From NCBI GenBank assembly GCA_963784165.1, contig CAWAQI010000001.1, forward strand, positions 381-64,380: 64,000 nucleotides of DNA. The letters run 5' to 3'. This DNA is from an uncultured Actinomycetota bacterium (GTDB lineage Bacteria; Actinomycetota; Actinomycetes; Mycobacteriales; Geodermatophilaceae). Numbering within the stretch: position 1 is the stretch's first letter; every line of letters begins with the position of its first letter. This document shows, piece by piece, positions 1 through 9,665 of the stretch. The notes beneath the pieces are model-generated. The model did not search any database and had not been told where the DNA came from. It was given only the letters and a program-made list of their open reading frames with translations. The position numbers and the translations under genes were made by a program.

Positions 1-44
1 GCCGCGAGGAGTCGTCGACGGCACCGGCTAACCGGCGTCCGGCG

Positions 45-950
45 GTGGACCGGCTCTTGGACCCCTCGAATGCGGTGCCGCCGGCCGAGTTCATGGCGGC
101 CGGATCCGCAGGGCGTGAGGTCCCCGGGCTCTATACCTGGTGGGTCGACGAGATCGGCGCCCGCGACCTCGCAACGGGTGTGGGCCATCCGATCGGCGCG
201 GGGCTGCTCTACGCGGGGAAGGCCGGCGGACACCGATCGAAAGCCGCGCCCTCGAACAGCACGTTGTGGGGCCGGATCGCCAGCAATCACCTGCGGGGCG
301 ACACTCGCTCGTCGACCTTCCGCAAGAGCCTGGCCGCCGTGCTCGGAGCGTCGGCGCCCGTCTCGGAGAGCGAGCTGACCGCGTGGATGCACGAGCACCT
401 GCGGGTGGCATGCAGGCCGGTGCCCAGTGAGGACGTCGGCGCCCTCGAGGACGAGTTGGTCAGCCGGACGCGGCCGCCGCTGAACCTCATGGGCCTGCCT
501 CGTGACGAGGCGCGTTCGGCTCTGTCCCGACTACGCGGGCTGCTCGGGCGGCCGAGCGAGAGTCTCGCCCATCGCCGCGGACGAGGAGAGCGACGCTCAG
601 CGGTCAGACGGGACTGCCGACGACGGGGGAGTCCCACGGCATCAACGGCCTCGATCGGGAGTTCGAGCGCCGGTTGCGCTCCGATCTGGACCAGATCGTC
701 CGCACCGGCTACCGACCGGCCGTCTTCCAACGCATGCTCGGCCGACCACGGCGCCGTCGAGACTGCGAAGCGCCTGCTCGCCGCCACCCAGGTGTCTGAC
801 GGCTTCCGCCACCTCTGGGAGCACCGGCGCCTGCGCCTGTCAGTCGAGTCCGCGGTCCTCGACCCACGGTTCGAGCCGCTGTTCAGCGATGCGGAGCAGG
901 ACGCGGCCCGTCACCGTCTCACCGAGGCGGGCTACGCTCCACCGTCTTGA
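45..950 (+). CDS. GIY-YIG family nuclease fused to an uncharacterised C-terminal helical domain (probably two compensating frameshifts at ~600-742)
   Basis: GLYTWW...LLYAGKAG...LWGRIASNHL...STFRKSL...E..L....RPPLN is a GIY-YIG pattern. The middle of the ORF reads as nonsense, while another frame gives DREFERRLRSDLDQIVRTGYRPAVFQRML, which joins DHGAVETAKRLL...SDGFRHLWEHRRLRLSVESAVLDPRFEPLF. Confidence 0.65.
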   Translation: MDRLLDPSNAVPPAEFMAAGSAGREVPGLYTWWVDEIGARDLATGVGHPIGAGLLYAGKAGGHRSKAAPSNSTLWGRIASNHLRGDTRSSTFRKSLAAVLGASAPVSESELTAWMHEHLRVACRPVPSEDVGALEDELVSRTRPPLNLMGLPRDEARSALSRLRGLLGRPSESLAHRRGRGERRSAVRRDCRRRGSPTASTASIGSSSAGCAPIWTRSSAPATDRPSSNACSADHGAVETAKRLLAATQVSDGFRHLWEHRRLRLSVESAVLDPRFEPLFSDAEQDAARHRLTEAGYAPPS

Positions 951-1424
951 CGTCGCCAGACTCGAGACGCGACGGGCCACAGGTATTCGCGCTGGATGCC
1001 CCGGTCAGCCCTCAGGTCGGCGCTCACTCGGCGAGCCCCCGGTCCTCTTTCACGTCGGAAGCACACAGATCTCGAGCTCGATGTACGGCTCAGAACTCCC
1101 AGACGTGATTGGGATCGTCCAGGGCTAGGCGCAACTGACCGAGATCTCCCACTGTCGAGAGCGGTGCGGACTTCGCGAGATCGACGATCGCATTCAGCGT
1201 TCCGGGCGCCGTGGCCCCCGGCGGGCCTTCGGCTCGCCGGGCAGCGCGCGAGGAGTCCGTGGGGCTGGTGGGGTCAGAGCCGAAACGAATGCGGATGAAA
1301 CGCGCGTGGAGGGCCGTTGGGGCGGGTCGCGCGTGGCAGCGTGCCGACCGCGAGCCACGACTGGCGGTGACGAATCTCCGGTCAGGTTCAGGTCTCGCCG
1401 TTCATTTATCGCGCAGGAGAAGAC

Positions 1425-2285
1425 GTGTCTCAGCCCCCCTTTGGCCCGCCGACGATGCCGCCCGTCGGCGCACCGACCGGCCAGGGCCAGCCGCCGTACG
1501 GGTACCCGACCGGCCAGGGCCAGCCGCCGTACGGGTACCCGACCGGCCAGGGCCAACCGCCGTACGGGTACCCGACCGGCCAGGGCCAGCCGCCGTACGG
1601 GTACCCGACCGGCCAGGGCCAGCCGCCGTACGGGTACCCCGAGGGGCAGTGGCCCCCGCAGGCGCCGTCGAAGCAGCCGTTCTACAAGCAGACGTGGTTC
1701 CTGATCGTCGCGCCCATCGTCGCCTTGGCAATCATCGTCTCCGCCGTGAATGGCGGTGAGGCCGACGACGCCTCGTACGCTGCCAGCGCGATCGACGCCG
1801 CCATCACCGACGCACCCACCAGCGAGGCCGCCCCCACCGACGCTGCCGACGCCCCGGAGTCCGCCGCCGAGGCGCCGGCCGAGCCGGCGACTCCCGGCAT
1901 CGGGCAGCCGGCCGCGGACGGCGATTTCAGCTTCGTCGTCTCCGGTGTGGACTGCAGCCTCACCGAGATCGGCAACGAGTACTTCGGGACGAAGGCGCAG
2001 GGCCAGTTCTGCGTCGTCAGCGTCGCCGTCACCAACATCGGCAACACCCCCGGCACCTTCTTCGGTGACAACACGACGCTGCTCAACGCCCAGGGGCAGG
2101 AGTTCGCGGCCGACACCGAGGCCGCCATCTACCTCGAGGAATCGGCGTCTCTGCTGGAGGAGATCAACCCCGGCAACACGCTGAACAGCAAGGTCGTCTT
2201 CGACGTGCCCGCCGGGACCACGCCGACCGCCATCGAGCTGCACGACTCCGCCTTTTCAGGTGGTGTCACTGTTTCGCTGCAGTAG
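1425..2285 (+). CDS. DUF4352 domain membrane-anchored protein with Pro/Gly/Gln/Tyr-rich N-terminal repeats
   Basis: AGGAG RBS; PPYGYPTGQGQ repeats; KQPFYKQTWF followed by a TM helix; AQGQFCVVSVAVTNIG...EEINPGNT...VVFDVPAG Ig-like DUF4352 signature. Confidence 0.8.
   Translation: MSQPPFGPPTMPPVGAPTGQGQPPYGYPTGQGQPPYGYPTGQGQPPYGYPTGQGQPPYGYPTGQGQPPYGYPEGQWPPQAPSKQPFYKQTWFLIVAPIVALAIIVSAVNGGEADDASYAASAIDAAITDAPTSEAAPTDAADAPESAAEAPAEPATPGIGQPAADGDFSFVVSGVDCSLTEIGNEYFGTKAQGQFCVVSVAVTNIGNTPGTFFGDNTTLLNAQGQEFAADTEAAIYLEESASLLEEINPGNTLNSKVVFDVPAGTTPTAIELHDSAFSGGVTVSLQ
1473..1637 (+). repeat. Intragenic tandem repeat, 5 x 33 bp (CCGACCGGCCAGGGCCAGCCGCCGTACGGGTAC)
   Basis: Directly visible; the units are identical except for one synonymous CAG/CAA change; encodes PTGQGQPPYGY. 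Confidence 0.95.
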
Positions 2286-2303
2286 CAGCGGCGTGACAGC
2301 AAG

Positions 2304-2338
2304 AGGGGCGCTCCGTGCATTGCGCGGGGCGCCCCTTT
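2304..2338 (+). terminator. Intrinsic terminator-like hairpin after the DUF4352 gene
   Basis: AGGGGCGCTCCGTGCA-TTGCGCGGGGCGCCCCT followed by a short T run, ~18 nt after the stop codon. Confidence 0.7.
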
Positions 2339-2411
2339 GCCTGCCGAGGGCGATGGTCTGGTCATCGGTGGTTTCGCGGGACGGGAGCACACCGTGAGTC
2401 CTGAACCGGCT

Positions 2412-2641
2412 TGGGTGCCATCCGCGTCGGCCTCGGCTTCGCGACGATCACCCTTCTCGTTCCCCGTCCCCCGGTGTCGTAGGACGACGCCCTACGTGTC
2501 GCCGCCGAGGTCGCGGCGCTCCGCCCGGACACCCTCTGGCAACCGGACTCGTACGACACCCCGACTCAGCGTGAGTGCACCCTCGAGGCGACCGCCCGTG
2601 AGCTCGTGCGTGAATCGGTGTGACGACTGTTCTTCGACTGA
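2412..2641 (+). pseudogene. Degenerate copy of the 3' end of the DUF4253 gene at 6907-7815
   Basis: Collinear with ~7588-7815 (VGLGFAT.TLLVPRPPVS...LWQPDSYDTPTQRECTL...ELVRE) but with in-frame TAG and TGA substitutions and no 5' part. Confidence 0.8.
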
Positions 2642-2729
2642 CCCGTCGATCGAGAGAGACACGGTGAGAAGTCGGCCATGTCGGCAGGTTCCGGCCGATC
2701 TAGACGTGCGGAACCCGAGGAGGGCAGCG

Positions 2730-3632
2730 TTAGCCCAGGTACGTGCGGAACCAGTCGAGCTGCGCCGGCGCTGAGACGGCAAAGGCGTCGCCGACGTAGC
2801 AATCGAAGTGGGGCGCCGGCAGCACGAGCAGCTTCTTGGGCTCGCGAGCCCGCTCGTAGTACTCGAGGGTCAGGTCGGCGACGGTCAGGTGGTCCTTCGC
2901 TCCGACCACCACCATCAGCGGCGTGGGCGAGATGTCGGCGATGTACGCCCCGGGCTCGTACTCGACGAACATCTCGACCGAGCGCAGCGTGACCTCGTTG
3001 CGCCAGGCCGGCGCGCGGTCCTGGATCGGCCCGAAGAAGAAGTCGTGGGTGTCCTCGGTCGGCAGGGCCGCCATCTCGGCGGGGTCCTTCTCGTAGGCCA
3101 CCTGGATCATCCCCGGCGACTGGCCGGCGTACCGGGCGGCGCGGTCGGCGTCGAACGCGGCCCGCAGGCCGGCGAACGCATCGGCCCGGATGAGCCGGCG
3201 GGCGTTGGCCAGGCCGCTCACCAGCGGTACCTGGGAGACGACGCAGCGGACCCGCCGGTCGAGCGCGCCGACGACGAGTACGTGCCCACCGCTGTAGCTC
3301 GATCCCCAGATTCCGATGCGGTCCGGGTCCGTCCACGGCTGGGTGGTCGCCCAGGTGATCGCCGTCCGGTAGTCACGGATCTGCTGCCACGGGTCGATCT
3401 CGCCGCGCGGGGTGCCCTCGCTCGCGCCGAGGTTTCGGTTGTCGTACACCAGCACGCCCAGGCCGCCGGCCGCGAAGTGCTCGGCGTAGTCGTCGAGCAG
3501 GTGCTCCTTCACGGCGGAGAAGCCGTGCGCCATGACCACCAGCGGCGCCTGCCCCTGCATCCCGTCGGGCGCGTAGTGCCACCCACGCAGCAGCACGCCG
3601 TCCTCGGCCCGGAACTCCACGTCTTCGCGCAT
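2730..3632 (-). CDS. Alpha/beta hydrolase (peptidase S15/FrsA-like)
   Basis: VVMAHGFS, GASEG.PR.EIDPW.Q..DY, nucleophile elbow GIWGSSYSGG, D and H of the catalytic triad; GGAGGAG RBS. Confidence 0.85.
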   Translation of the reverse strand: MREDVEFRAEDGVLLRGWHYAPDGMQGQAPLVVMAHGFSAVKEHLLDDYAEHFAAGGLGVLVYDNRNLGASEGTPRGEIDPWQQIRDYRTAITWATTQPWTDPDRIGIWGSSYSGGHVLVVGALDRRVRCVVSQVPLVSGLANARRLIRADAFAGLRAAFDADRAARYAGQSPGMIQVAYEKDPAEMAALPTEDTHDFFFGPIQDRAPAWRNEVTLRSVEMFVEYEPGAYIADISPTPLMVVVGAKDHLTVADLTLEYYERAREPKKLLVLPAPHFDCYVGDAFAVSAPAQLDWFRTYLG

Positions 3633-3798
3633 GTCTCCTCCTGCTCCCCGCTGGCCGCCAGTCGCCTCCGACTCTCCGGCCTTCCGCCGTCGAGATCACG
3701 ACGATCCGTGCACGACCGCCGTCGATTCCTGCAGGTCTTGCGCCGGCGGGCGCCGGAGCGGTTCCATGCGGCGACAGCCCGGCAGGGAGGCGACGTCG

Positions 3799-4770
3799 AT
3801 GACGCTCGTGGCGGAGCACTGGCGGCCTGCGCTCGAGGCCCCGGCCGACCGGGTTGACGCCTTCCGCGACGCCGTGAGCGCCACGCACCTGCCGTGGTCC
3901 CTCGCTCCGCCGGAGGCTGCGCCCTCCCACCGGGACGACGGGCTCGACCGCTACCGCTTCGGTGATCTCGCCCTGGTCGACTGCCGGTGCGGCCCGTGCG
4001 GCGGGCACCGGGGCCGGGCCCAGCTGGCCGCGACGGACGAACCCGTCGTCGGCGTCCTGTTCGTGCGCGCGGGGGAGGAGCACGTGGAGGTCGCCGGCGA
4101 GCGGCTCGTCCTGCGCCCGGGCGCCGCGCTGCTGTGGCGCAGCGACGAGCCGGTCCGCTTCCGGGTGCCCGGGCGGCTGCACAAGTGGACGCTGCTCGTG
4201 CCCGAGGCGCGGCTCGGGTCAGCGCGACCGACGGGCGGGCGGTTGCTCGACCCGGCCGCCGTCGGGCTGCTGACCGCCCTGCTGGGGACGACGATGCGCT
4301 CGGCCGCGGCACTCGGTGGACGGCTGGGCATGCCGATCGCCGACGCCGCCGTCGACCTGCTCGCCGGTGCGCTGCATGGCCCCGGGCCCGATGAACGGTC
4401 GGACGACGCGACGTGGCTGCGGGTGACGGCCCACGTCCAGCGGCACCTGCGCGATCCGGACCTCACGCCGGAGGCGATGGCGGCGGCCGGGCTGGTCTCG
4501 CTCCGCTCGCTCTACGCACTGTTCGCCGCACGCGGCGAGACCCCGGCCCGGTACGTGCGCCGACGGCGGCTGGATGCCGCGCACCGGGAGCTGGTGCGTC
4601 GGGGTACTTCGGTGAGCGTGGCCCGGGTCGCGCACGCCTGGGGGTTCGGCGACCAGGCGACGTTCAGCCGTGCCTTCCGTGCGGCGTACGGGCGGACGCC
4701 GGACGACGTGCGCCGCAGCCCTCCCGATGCCCGTGGACAACCACCGCGGAGAGCCTCCGCGCAGCCGTGA
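3799..4770 (+). CDS. AraC family transcriptional regulator (FeaR/NphR-like), divergent from the hydrolase
   Basis: C-terminal HTH (HLRDPDLTPE...VSLRSLYALF...VAHAWGFGDQATFSRAFRAAYGRTP); GGGAGG RBS before ATG 3799. Confidence 0.88.
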   Translation: MTLVAEHWRPALEAPADRVDAFRDAVSATHLPWSLAPPEAAPSHRDDGLDRYRFGDLALVDCRCGPCGGHRGRAQLAATDEPVVGVLFVRAGEEHVEVAGERLVLRPGAALLWRSDEPVRFRVPGRLHKWTLLVPEARLGSARPTGGRLLDPAAVGLLTALLGTTMRSAAALGGRLGMPIADAAVDLLAGALHGPGPDERSDDATWLRVTAHVQRHLRDPDLTPEAMAAAGLVSLRSLYALFAARGETPARYVRRRRLDAAHRELVRRGTSVSVARVAHAWGFGDQATFSRAFRAAYGRTPDDVRRSPPDARGQPPRRASAQP

Positions 4771-4829
4771 CCACCGAGACGCGTCCCACGCGTCACTGCG
4801 GGACGCCTACGCGATGACAGCTCACACGG

Positions 4830-5429
4830 ATGACGGAGGGCGATGTGGCTGGAACGCCAGGCACGTGGCACGACTCTGATCCGACGAGGAAGGTCGACTG
4901 GCCCGTGGCAGTCGATGCCTGGGTCGAGGCCACCGAAGCCATCCTCGAGGGGGTTGCCGCAACCTACGGCGGGTCGATCACGTACGAGCAACTCGCGCAG
5001 CAGTTGTTCGACAGGACGGGCTACCGGACCCGGATGATGCTGGGCCACTGGATCGGCCAGGTGCTCGTGCCAGTGCAAGCCGCCACGCTCACCGAAGGCA
5101 AGCCTCCACTGTCAGCGCTGGTCGTACGGGCGGGGACGGGCGGCGTGGGCGACGGATACGTCAACCACGAGCACCCCGAGGGTTTCGACTCGTTCGCCGA
5201 GCGGCAGCATGCCGCTGCCGTCGACCGCCTCACTTGCTACCGCACCTACTGCGACGATGTCCCTCACGACGCAAGACCACAGATGACGCCGCTCTTCATC
5301 GCCAAGCGAACGTCGCTGTACCCCGTCGAGCAGCCACGACGGACGAAGCCCGCCCCTCCGTCACCCAGGACCTGCCAGACCTGCTTCACGGTGCTTCCCG
5401 CCAGCGGACGCTGCGACTACTGCGCCTGA
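4830..5429 (+). CDS. Uncharacterised protein with winged-helix-like N-terminus and C-terminal Zn ribbon (CQTC...CDYC)
   Basis: ITYEQLA...IGQVL...PPLSALVV...G.VGDGY pattern plus a terminal CxxC-x9-CxxC. Confidence 0.65.
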   Translation: MTEGDVAGTPGTWHDSDPTRKVDWPVAVDAWVEATEAILEGVAATYGGSITYEQLAQQLFDRTGYRTRMMLGHWIGQVLVPVQAATLTEGKPPLSALVVRAGTGGVGDGYVNHEHPEGFDSFAERQHAAAVDRLTCYRTYCDDVPHDARPQMTPLFIAKRTSLYPVEQPRRTKPAPPSPRTCQTCFTVLPASGRCDYCA

Positions 5430-5674
5430 CAGCTTCGTACAGCTGACCGTCGCCCGGCACCCCGGGTCATGGGCACCTCAGACCTGGTCGCAGGACGCGC
5501 CCGAGCAGGTGCTGCCGCCCGAGCTGCGCGACGGATCGGTCGCCATCCGCGCGCCGCGTCGACGGCCGGCGCGGCTGCCGCAGACCGAGGGTAGCCGCCC
5601 TGGCAGGACTGCTCCTACCGGCCTCACCCGGTCGGCCCTCGGAGGGCTTGCCGTCATGGTGGCGACGTCCTACC

Positions 5675-5697
5675 GTTGTACATCAGCGATGTACAAC
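5675..5697. promoter_or_regulatory. Palindromic TA operator GTTGTACATC-AGC-GATGTACAAC
   Basis: Perfect 10-bp inverted repeat just upstream of the antitoxin RBS; the TGTACA core is typical of Phd/YefM operators. Confidence 0.8.
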
Positions 5698-5710
5698 AGC
5701 AGGAGACGTC

Positions 5711-5977
5711 ATGGCCCAACCGGCAAAGGACCGGCCGAACACCGTGAGTGTGGCGGAGGCCCGTGCGCGGTTCAGCGAGCTGCTCGACGCCGTCGAGGCG
5801 GGCGAGACCGTGACGATCACCCGGCGGGGCGAGCCGGTCGCCGACCTGTCCGCTCACCGCAGGCCACGCAAGCGGATCGACGTCGCCTGGCTGCGGGAGC
5901 AGACCACGAAGATGGCCTACAGCGACACCGACTCCGGCGATCTCGTGCGAGAGATGCGCGACGGCAACCGGTACTGA
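5711..5977 (+). CDS. Phd/YefM family antitoxin
   Basis: VSVAEARARFSELLDAVEAGETVTITRRGEPVA; AGGAG RBS; TGATG coupling to the toxin. Confidence 0.9.
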   Translation: MAQPAKDRPNTVSVAEARARFSELLDAVEAGETVTITRRGEPVADLSAHRRPRKRIDVAWLREQTTKMAYSDTDSGDLVREMRDGNRY

Positions 5978-6408
5978 TGATCTACCTGGACACCAGCCTG
6001 CTCATCGCTCTGATCACCAACGAAGCCCGAACGGCACGAGCGCTCGACTGGTTGGCCGCCGTGGACGTCGACCTGCTCACGTCCGAATGGGCAATGGCCG
6101 AGATCGCCTCCGCCTTGTCGATCAAGCAGAGGCAGGGCGCTCTCGACGGCGCAGGCAGAGCCCTGGCGGAACGAACGCTGAGCGGTATCGCCGACGACGG
6201 GCTGCACGTCGTCCCCGTCGCCACCGCTGACTTCCGGCGCGCCGCCGACTACGTCCGGCTGCCGGAACGCAGCCTGCGTGCGGCCGACGCTCTGCACCTT
6301 GCCGTGGCGGGCCGGCTCGGTGCCACCGTGCACTCGCTGGACGGGGTCCAGGTGGCGGCCGCGCGCGAACTGGGCATCGACGCCGTCGTGACGGTGAAGC
6401 GGCCATAG
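5977..6408 (+). CDS. vapC: PIN domain toxin
   Basis: MIYLDTS...E...LRAADALHLAVA...SLD, the PIN acidic residues; overlaps the antitoxin stop. Confidence 0.9.
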   Translation: MIYLDTSLLIALITNEARTARALDWLAAVDVDLLTSEWAMAEIASALSIKQRQGALDGAGRALAERTLSGIADDGLHVVPVATADFRRAADYVRLPERSLRAADALHLAVAGRLGATVHSLDGVQVAAARELGIDAVVTVKRP

Positions 6409-6639
6409 CGCTGAGCGGTGAACTTCGGCAGACCCGGCTGGCTCGGCGGCGTCACTCGCAGAGCAGGTCGAGCGCCGCCTGGGCGTTGCGGCGCGCGCCC
6501 TCGGGCGGCACCAGCCATGCGTTCGCGGTCGGGTGCCCAGCCGTCGCTGCAGGTAGAGGAGGCGCGACCGGTCGCTGCCCGACGCCGCCTCGAACGGGCC
6601 GACGCCAGGCCAGCAGCACGACCGGGTCGGTCAGGTGGC

Positions 6640-6803
6640 GGTCGCGGCGCGTCTGCGACCGCCTCCGCCGGTCGACCCCCGATGCGTCGGCCGAGCCCTA
6701 CCGCGGACCGTCCGATGTGCGCGGCCGGCAGCGCGGCGAGCCGCGCCGTTCGAGCCAGGCGTCCGCGGGTCAGCGGGCGCCCGTCCGGCGCTCCGGGGTC
6801 CAC
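6640..6803 (-). pseudogene. Possible remnant of the N-terminus of an AarF/ABC1/UbiB kinase
   Basis: LTRGRLARTARLAALPAAHIGRSAVGLGRRIGGRPAEAVAD resembles actinobacterial ABC1-kinase N-termini; similarity is lost right after it. Confidence 0.4.
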
Positions 6804-6906
6804 CGGCGGACCGTAGCGCCTTCGCCGGCACCGGCACCCGACTGCTCGGGCTGACCCCTGTGGACAGCGGGCGGAAGGGTCGCTGTCGGCTGACAGCCTG
6901 CAAGGC

Positions 6907-7815
6907 ATGGTGATCACTTCCGCGCTCCGGCTGAGCAGTGCGTTCCCCGGCAACACCTCCCGTTTCGTGGAGCTGGCCGACGGACCGCCCCGAGCCGCGC
7001 GACCGGGCGCCCTCCCGGCTGCCGGGCCGGCGCGGATCGGCCGCGTTCGCCTGCCGGCGGGGCGCCCCGTCGTCGTCGGGCCGAGAGGTGGCGATCCGCT
7101 GCCGCCCGTCCTCTGGACCACCGACGACGTCGTCGAGGGAGCCACCGCCGCCTGGGCGGGGCTGGCCGAGCTGTTCCCGGACACCGGCCTGTGGCCGGTG
7201 CTCCTGCGCTCGCTCGGCGACGGCAGCGGGCGGCCGTGGAGGGGCGAGGATCTCTGTCCGGTGGCCGAGTCCGCGATCGACGCGCTCGATGCCCGAACGG
7301 TGCTGGCGGACGCCTGGGACGGCTGGCTCGTGCCGGTCCGGAACCCGTGGCCGGCCGGCACCGGCCCGCTGGCGCCGTTCGGTCCGGCCTTTCCGGGACT
7401 GGCTGCGACGTTCCCGCCTCGGGACGGCGACCCGCTGATGGCCGAGGCGGATGGCGCCGGCCGGCTCGGCCTCGTGAGCTGCCGCCGGCCGGCCGACGCC
7501 ATCGCCCTCGCCGGCTGGACGGGCACCATCAACCGGATCGAGGCCGCCGAGGTATCCGCCGTCCTCCGTTCCTGGGAAGACCGCTTCGGTGCCGTCCTCG
7601 TCGGCCTCGGCTTCGCGACGGTCACCCTTCTCGTCCCGCGTCCGCCGGTATCGCACGACGACGCGCTACGGGTCGCGGCCGAGGTCGCGGCGTTCTGCCC
7701 CGACGCGCTCTGGCAGCCGGACTCGTATGACACCCCGACTCAGCGCGAGTGCACCCTTGCTGCGATCGCCCGGGAGCTCGTGCGTGAACCGGTGTGGCGG
7801 CTGTGGTTCGACTGA
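6907..7815 (+). CDS. DUF4253 domain protein
   Basis: RRPADAIALAGWTG..N...VSAVLRSWEDRFGAVLVGLGFATVTLLVPRPP...VAAE..AFCPD...W.LWFD signature. Confidence 0.85.
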   Translation: MVITSALRLSSAFPGNTSRFVELADGPPRAARPGALPAAGPARIGRVRLPAGRPVVVGPRGGDPLPPVLWTTDDVVEGATAAWAGLAELFPDTGLWPVLLRSLGDGSGRPWRGEDLCPVAESAIDALDARTVLADAWDGWLVPVRNPWPAGTGPLAPFGPAFPGLAATFPPRDGDPLMAEADGAGRLGLVSCRRPADAIALAGWTGTINRIEAAEVSAVLRSWEDRFGAVLVGLGFATVTLLVPRPPVSHDDALRVAAEVAAFCPDALWQPDSYDTPTQRECTLAAIARELVREPVWRLWFD

Positions 7816-8168
7816 CTCACCGATCGAGGCGCCGCACGCACCGGGGACGAGGCGTTCCGGGGACGTGCGGCATCTCGGATCACCGAACCGTGTTATCGGT
7901 TCGAAAGGCGGCATCTGGAGCCGGCACAGCGGTACCCATCGCGGCGGGGCCGCTGTTCCGGGCGTTCGTCCCTCAGTCCGCTGGCCTGGCGCATCCACAG
8001 CCGGCGGCGGACCACCGACTGCCACAGCGGAGATCCCCGACGTGACTCGTGCGGCCACTCATCGCCGTCGTCCGCCGGGCTGCCGAGTCGCAACCGGATG
8101 TGTCGGACCGGACTGCTTCACTGACCTCGCCCGCAGGAGCCAGGTCGGGAACGGAGGACGGGCGACGA

Positions 8169-9665
8169 ATGGATCAGCTGCGCAGCCACGACGAGATCGA
8201 CGAGCTCCGACGCCGTCATCCGGCCTGGCAACTGCTCCGCGCGCGTACCGCGCCGCTCGCGCTGGCCTTCCTCGGTGGTGTCTTCGTCGAGGAGAACGTC
8301 CGCTCGGTCGCGCGTACCGACCTGCTCACCCGGCTCGACGAGCTGCTGCAGGCGGTGAACGGGCGGGCGGACGACGAGAGCGACCGGTATGCCCGAACGG
8401 CGGCGGCCTACGTCGACGAGTGGGCCGATCCGGCCACCGGCTGGCTGCGCGCGTACTACCCGCCGGGTGCGGACGAGCCCGCGTACGACGCCACCCCCGC
8501 TGTCGAGAAGGCGCTCTCCTGGCTCCGGGCGTTGCAGCCGACTCCGTTCGTCGGCACCGAGTCGCGGCTGAACACGGTGATCGAGCTGCTTCGCCAGATG
8601 GCCTTCGGAGCCGAACTCGACCCGGACGTGCGGTTGGCGGAGCTGCACCGCCGCCGCAGGGAGATCCAGGAGGAGATCGACCGGGTCACCGCCGGTCAGG
8701 TCGAGCTCCTCGATCCGGCCGCCCAGCGCGACCGCTACCAGCAGTTCGCCAGCACGGCGCGGGAGCTGCTGGCCGACTTCCGTCAGGTCGAGGAGAACTT
8801 CCGGGCGCTCGACCGGGCGCTGCGCGAGAAGATCGCGACCTGGTCCGGCGGCAAGGGGGAGCTGCTGGAGGAGGTCCTCGGTGACCGGCGCGGCATCGCC
8901 GACTCCGACCAGGGCCGCTCGTTCCACGCCTTCTACGACTTCCTGCTCTCCGCGCCGCGACAGGAGGAGTTCGCCGAGCTGCTGGCTCGCGTGCAGCGGC
9001 TGTCCGATGTCGCCCAGACCCTGCCCGACGCCCGGCTCCGGCACATCCACCACGACTGGCTCGACGCTGCCGAGCGCACCCAGGCGACCGTGCGGCAGCT
9101 CTCCGACCAGTTGCGCCGGTTCGTCGACGACCAGGTGTGGCTGGAGAACCGCCGGGTCATGGAGATCCTGCGCGGCATCGAAGCCGCCGCCCTCGCCGCC
9201 CGCGACGTCCCCGGCCGTCCGCCGGGCATGGACGTCGCCGCGACCGAGGTCGACGTCGTCCTGCCGACGGAGCGGCCCCTGTACCGGCGGCGCCGGCGGC
9301 TGGAGCTCGACAGCGACGGCATCGCCGACGCCATCGAACGCGCCGATACGACCGCCCTCTACGAGCAGGTCTATCTCGATCCGGCGCGCCTCGCCGCCGC
9401 GGTCGCCGACGGCCTCGCGCGCCGTCCGGTCGCCGCGCTGCCCGACATCCTGCGCGAGCACCCGCTGCAGCAGGGCCTCGCCGAACTCGTCGGCTACCTC
9501 GCGCTGCGGGACGGCGTCGAGACCACGGTCGACGACGATCGGCGCGACCAGGTGAGCTGGACCGGCGACGACGACGTCGACCGGGTCGCCGCGGTGCCGC
9601 ACGTCGTCTACAGCCGCTCTCGCGCCCTCCGACCGACGACCACCCAGCAGGAGGATCGGCGATGA
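8169..9665 (+). CDS. jetA: Wadjet subunit A (DUF3375)
   Basis: HPAWQLLRA..APL, GWLRAYYP, FVGTESRL, DFRQVEENFR.LDR, SDQGRSF.AFYDFL, HPL.QGLAELV.Y; first gene of the coupled operon. Confidence 0.92.
   Translation: MDQLRSHDEIDELRRRHPAWQLLRARTAPLALAFLGGVFVEENVRSVARTDLLTRLDELLQAVNGRADDESDRYARTAAAYVDEWADPATGWLRAYYPPGADEPAYDATPAVEKALSWLRALQPTPFVGTESRLNTVIELLRQMAFGAELDPDVRLAELHRRRREIQEEIDRVTAGQVELLDPAAQRDRYQQFASTARELLADFRQVEENFRALDRALREKIATWSGGKGELLEEVLGDRRGIADSDQGRSFHAFYDFLLSAPRQEEFAELLARVQRLSDVAQTLPDARLRHIHHDWLDAAERTQATVRQLSDQLRRFVDDQVWLENRRVMEILRGIEAAALAARDVPGRPPGMDVAATEVDVVLPTERPLYRRRRRLELDSDGIADAIERADTTALYEQVYLDPARLAAAVADGLARRPVAALPDILREHPLQQGLAELVGYLALRDGVETTVDDDRRDQVSWTGDDDVDRVAAVPHVVYSRSRALRPTTTQQEDRR

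Noticed and set aside
951-1424. Short ORFs or an RNA gene in the intergenic stretch
   Set aside because: No convincing RBS, protein motif, tRNA-like fold or repeat was seen.
1473-1637. 33-bp repeats as a CRISPR array
   Set aside because: The units are contiguous with no spacers, lie in frame inside a CDS, and no cas genes are present.
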